A stretch of DNA of 64,000 nucleotides from Trichoplax adhaerens. Taxonomy: Eukaryota; Animalia; Placozoa. A program made the position numbers and the translations under genes. This document shows positions 52,852 through 64,000 of the stretch, one piece after another. A model generated the notes under the pieces. It ran no database searches, was not told the origin of the DNA, and saw only the letters and a list, made by a program, of their open reading frames with translations. Numbering within the stretch: the stretch's first letter is position 1; the number at the start of each line of letters is the position of its first letter. The stretch is taken from positions 536,886-600,885 of the forward strand of contig NW_002060955.1 of NCBI RefSeq assembly GCF_000150275.1, written 5' to 3'.

Positions 52852-55800
52852 GGCTATAATAAATGATGAACGATTCATGACCATGCTGCAACTAGAGCAG
52901 TTTACTTACAGAAAGAGTAATAATTTCAATTGCTTTAGAATCAACGTGATCATTATCGTATCCCTATGATGTTGACATCTTTTGTCATTTTTGAAATATT
53001 GTTGACATTGATCATGGGTCTTCTATTGCAGATCAGTCACCTTACCATGGCTTAACTTATTCATCATCCAAGCAAATCCATACAACAGGTAATCGTACAC
53101 ATTGCATCTTATTACAAATTAAAATAAATACCGATATTTAATAAAAAAATCCTCGCTTCGATTTACTTCGACACTACGTTGATTAAAATTGATATTATTG
53201 ATTTTTGCCTTTAAAAGTATGTTGCGCTAACTTTACTGTACGCTATAATATTGCTACAAATTAAACTAGTATACTACTATAATTGATCTTGACAGCATCT
53301 AGGTATAATAAAGATTATTATAAGGTTTTGGGCATATCCAGGAATGCCTCTGCAGATGAAATCAAGAAAGCGTATTATAAGGTAAAGCTTTTCGCTATAA
53401 TCGATACTGGGTTCGATCTAGTTTATCATGATCTCAACCTGTCGTATAGTAGAGAATAATAAGATATAAGCATTTTTTACGACATAAAGGCATATTTATC
53501 AGAAATTTTTGGTAATAAAACGATATATTTGTATCGTATCGGAATTGTCTTGACGTTATAATTGATTGATTGAATAAACTTTGTGAATATTGTGTCTTGA
53601 ACTATAGCTGGCCAAGCAGTATCATCCTGATAGAAACAAAGATGATAAAGAAGCTGCAAAGAAATTTACAGAAATTAGCGAAGCTTACGAGGTAGGAAGT
53701 TATTGACATTAATACATTATGGAGACAGACATTCAAAGCCTTAGTAATAGATTAGAGATTATTGGTAATAGTATAAATAACCAATGTTAATAAATTAATA
53801 GTTGTTGCGAAAGCAAATACAATTTCTGTATTCTAAATTATTTCAATATGTTTATTTTAATCGTATTTACATTAGATATTGAGCGATGCAAGCAAGCGAT
53901 CCCAATATGACCAGTATGGAACAGCTTTTTCGGGTGGTGGTGCCGGTGCTGGTGGCGCAGGTAGAAACTTTGTCGCATATTGTATACAGCAATTACGGCC
54001 TGTTAAGTCATAACTGCAACAATTTATATATTATTCTATATAATTCTCCAGTATCAATAGAGAAATATATGATATCGAAATAACTTTTTGGCGATATTAT
54101 TATCTTGAGTATTTTTCTGATTAATATTCGTGCACGCGCTTTTTTTATCACTAATTAAAGGTTATTCGCAAGCGAGTGCTGAAGACATATTCAAAGAATT
54201 TTTTAGTCGTGATGGTCCATTTAGAGGTTTTACTGATTTTGGTGGTTCTCAATTTACAGATAGCACTCAGGTATGAAGCTACAGTATTTATGAAGATTAA
54301 TGTATGTTGTGCCTTAAATTCAACTTTGTTATCTTGTTACTATTGTGTCATGATGGTAATTACACTACTTGACTTGGCTATGCCCTACGCGATGCCTTTT
54401 CCTTTATAAAACTCTAAAAATGCATATGCTTTAATACTTTAAATTTCAATCCATAGTTTCTACTACGCCTAACCTTTATGGAAGCTGTTAAAGGCTGCCG
54501 TAAAGAAATTGAAATTCCTATCAGTGCCAATTGTGATAGATGTAAAGGTTCTGGTTCAGAACCTGGTAGTAAAATTGTAACATGCACTACGTGTAATGGG
54601 ACTGGCCAGGTAATTTATTTCAATCTCAATTAAATAGGAAATATCCTTAGCTATCTCATTTATAAAGTATAGTAATGGTAAATTGTTCTTGCCTAATGTA
54701 ATGATTTACGCTATTACATTTAAATTATAGCAATATATACAAACTGGCATTTTTAATATGGCTGCAACTTGCCAAAGGTGTGGCGGAAGAGGTCGCATAG
54801 TTACTAAACCATGTAGAAGCTGTAGAGGTCGTGGCACTGTAAAGAAACGCGAGCGAATTTCTATACATGTACCTCCAGGTTGATATTTTTAATTACGATC
54901 TATGGCTTAACCATAGATAGTTTTCTTAATTGATTATTATCTTCGTTGTTGTTATTAGGTGTTCAAAAAGGACAAGCTATGGGAATACCTATTAGCAAAT
55001 CTGAAGAAGTATCTGTCGTTTTTGAGGTTAGTTGCAATTATAACTGATTTAATTTATTTCTGTATTCATTTAAATGGATTTTTTTGCGAACGCTTTCTTA
55101 ATCGTAGTCTTTGGAGTTATAGCTGCTGTATTAATAGAATATTTATGTCCTAATCGTACTAATATCTCCTGATGTAGGTATCAGAAAGCAGCGTATTCGA
55201 ACGTGATGGTTACAACATACATTCGGAAATTGAAATTTCAGTTACTCAGGTATTTTACTCTTATTTGAAGCTGTCATACTTTGGTTTTGTACGTGACCAA
55301 GAGATTTATGTATGGATGGGCGAAGATAATTTCTATATTTCAATCATTGCTCGGTATAGGCTATACTTGGTGGTACTATCAGGGTTGATGGAATTCATGG
55401 CGCAGTTAATATTAAGGTAATAATTTCTAGGCTTACGATTTTACGAATTATTGGAGATTTTTGTCTGTGTAACTTAGATATGGAATATATTAGCATTATT
55501 ATGTTCTTATTACAATAGATCCCGCGTGGAACTCATTCTCATGAAACTATTAAATTATCTCAGCGTGGTGTGCAAAAATTACAGAGTACTGGGAAAGGAG
55601 ATCATTTTGTTCATATTAAGATCAAAGTGCCACGGTATTTAAAGATGAGATTACGTAACATTTTATGCACTGATAATATGCAGTATTGCAACGACCTCTA
55701 AATTTTCTCACCATTAGCAGTTGTACTCCTGTGCTATTTATTTCGGTATAATTTATTTAAATTTACTAAAATATCATTGTTATTGATTACTTGCAAAATT

Positions 55801-56136
55801 CCAGGTCTCTAACACCGAAACAGCAAGCATTAATTTCTGCCTTTGCCGAAGAAGAGAACGAACGCAAAGGTACCGTAAACGATGTTAACGATTCACCAGG
55901 TAGGAAATTCTACTATATGATCGTAGAATACATAAAGTTTTTTATTTATTCTGACTATAAGGTAACTTGCGAAGGGTTATCTAACGCTTACACTTCAAAT
56001 ATTATACTTGTGTTTCATTTGTTATACAGAAAGCGAAAGTTGGCTAACGAAACTGAAGAGAACATTTGGATATGATGATAGTCATGATCAGATAGAAGGT
56101 GAATATGACGAGAGGCGAGAAGAAAAGAAAAATTAA
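52852..56136 (+). CDS. DNAJA3: Mitochondrial type I J-domain co-chaperone (DNAJA3/Tid1 homolog), multi-exon; start codon uncertain
   Basis: Spliced reading gives [19 protein letters not shown] (presequence-like end, exons 53032-53088 and 53296-53381), [11 protein letters not shown] (HPD, exon from 53608), a G/F-rich segment, four CxxCxGxG zinc-finger motifs ([32 protein letters not shown] at 54530-54840) and the C-terminal domain ([30 protein letters not shown]). Stop TAA at 56134-56136. Confidence 0.9.
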
Positions 56137-58329
56137 ATACTGGCGTTTAACCTATTCATCACAGTTTCCAGACTGTTTTTATTATACAGTATTGTTGTTT
56201 ACATTATTGGCCAAATTTATACCATCTCATCAAGCGAAAAAATTTATGTATTGTCTGTTAATTCACTTGTATCATAGACGATGTTGTGGATATTACAAGT
56301 TAATTATTTTAATACAATTTGCAAAATGATCAATGATTTCCACTAACTCTGAATGTTTATTTAATCACAGTTAGACAGCAATAGATTAAGTTGATTAATT
56401 GATTATATACAACGTACGTACGTACAGTATATCTACAAGACTGTAATACCTTTGCATAACTTATCGGCTCCATACTACTGCAGTTTCATAAACTCACTGT
56501 CGTTCTAGGAATTAAAAATAAATATTAAGTTCAAATTTTATTCTGAAACTGTACTTGTAAACAAGTTGATCATTATGATACTTGTATTATATTCTAGTAA
56601 AGTTGTCTTGATGTAGAGTGCGTTTATGGTATGCGTAGTGTGATTAATATGAGCTTGCTGATTAAGTACGCTACTATAATGTGTAGATGTCAGATGATTA
56701 AGATTCTCCGTTCACTTGACAATTTTTATCAGTTGCTACGCTTCTTACGGTATGTAATTCTGATTAGTTATAAATGATATCGGTATCATATCTTACTGTT
56801 ATGCCAAGTCTAAGCGGTAATTGAAGTTGCTGCATAAAAGAGTTACTTGTACAGCTTATTTAGTTTCTGACTTAAAATAAACGCTTTATTTTCAATCTCT
56901 AAAAATGACCGTAATGCAATGGAATGAAAATGCAATGTGAAATACCGATGGAAATTCCTACTGTATTACGCTAGACGATCATTGATGAGTAGGCTATTGG
57001 TTAGTATCGATATCATACATATGTTATTAATAGGAGTTAGAAACTCACAAATTGCTTTAAGAACTACATTAATGCAATGAGATTAACACCTATAGACATA
57101 ATTTTTATTTCAGAAAATAAGTGAGATGTTATATAATGGCCAGGAATAAAACGAAAATCAATCATGCTAACACTTTTAATAAGTATATTTATAGTACAGT
57201 ACTCAGAGTTAATTCAACCAAAATCGTACTTGTACATCAGATAACGCCATGAACCTTGTTTTATACCGCATTCTTCAATTTCAATTATTTTCTAGCTAAA
57301 AATGTGTTTATTTACGGTATCAAGTAGACCAAAATAAAAATATTTCATTTCGACCATTATAAATACATCAAAGAGGCAAATTCATAAGCCGGTAATTCTA
57401 CATTAAGTGAATGACATCAGTTAATAATTGTATTAACTACATTATTAACTCACACTAATTGCACAAGTTTCAGCATCGTGTACAAGAATTATTGTTGAGG
57501 ATTATTTCACGTTTACATCATGCTACCAAAGCTAGTGTTTATCATCTGTTAAGATACCATTACTGCGTGAACTTACGATATGAAACATGTTGTCAGTAAT
57601 ATAAATATAATTTCTTTTAGCGATCAAGACCAACAACATGAAGCTATAAAAAAATACTATACGTACAACGATGTCAGCTCAGGAAATAGTGCGACGATAA
57701 ATAGGCCAATTACATACGATGGCAGGCTTCTTTTATCATTGTCATTATTATGATATTAACTTGCGGATGTAGCAAACAAAGTGTAATGACGGAAATGCAG
57801 ATATAACATTTTGCTAAAAATCTTCTGATAGGATAAAAGGTAAACACCAGTTTAAAGTCTATCATATCTGCTCCGTAGTCAATTAACTAATCGTAAGGTG
57901 AGCTAGGAATTAAAAAATAAAATATTTAAGACCAACCACCCTATCATATATGACATCAACAAGAAATATTCTTGCTTTCATCAATTTTTAGGAGAATTTT
58001 GCAGATTGCCACAGGTAAATCAATACAAGTCATAGTAACGTTTCATCGGATAGGACTACGACACCGTTCATGTTTATAATGACTTAATGAGCTATATATA
58101 CAAGCTTTTCACTGAATATCCATGAAACGCTAAAATTTACTAACAAATACACAAAAGCGAGCTAAACATAAACATTCATTCATTTTGTTGCATATTGTTT
58201 TAAAGAGCTAAATTTCATATACTGCAAATAACTATAATAATGCGATTTTTTTAAATACTAGTATTCATGAGATGAAATGAAAAGAAATGTATTCACATGA
58301 TCAATAATGCCTAAGCTGACTTCACGAAT

Positions 58330-63808
<5,479 letters not shown>

Positions 63809-64000
63809 CTAATTACGCAGTAGTAAGTGTATATAAGTTAGTATCTTGTAATTTCCATACTGACACAGTTAATTTGTCAGAAATCAAATTTTAGATAAAA
63901 AAAGTTGATTGGCTTTCGTACACTTATTATAATTAAATCATGAAGTAAAAGCCTTTTTAAGTACTAATTATAATATTCATATCAAATAAAACTATAGCCA

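Overview
AT-rich, intron-rich animal genomic DNA with short GT-AG introns and one assembly gap (43941-44258). Gene content and style suggest a placozoan such as Trichoplax; this is inference only. Manually spliced gene models, left to right: a 6-exon Elf/E74-like ETS transcription factor (+, 2991-4606); a Fat/Fat4-type cadherin with only about 11 cadherin repeats (-, 7739-15732) preceded by about 15 kb without recognisable genes; an RFX X-box-linked, TEX26-like ciliary gene (+, 31017-36605); a single-exon array of 26 near-identical 126-bp TPR repeats (+, from 40110) followed after the gap by a death-domain exon (46418-46674); a mitochondrial-clan cytochrome P450 pseudogene (-); a roughly 300-bp tandem triplication; mitochondrial DnaJ (DNAJA3/Tid1, +); and a 5'-partial Diaphanous formin (-) with two minor-spliceosome AT-AC introns. 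The best candidate for an under-described system is the TPR/death-domain locus. Its repeats are almost invariant at the DNA level except at TPR ligand-groove positions 2, 5, 6, 9, 12, 13 (and 31), and they show dimer/trimer shuffling. That pattern fits a rapidly diversifying, modular recognition receptor.
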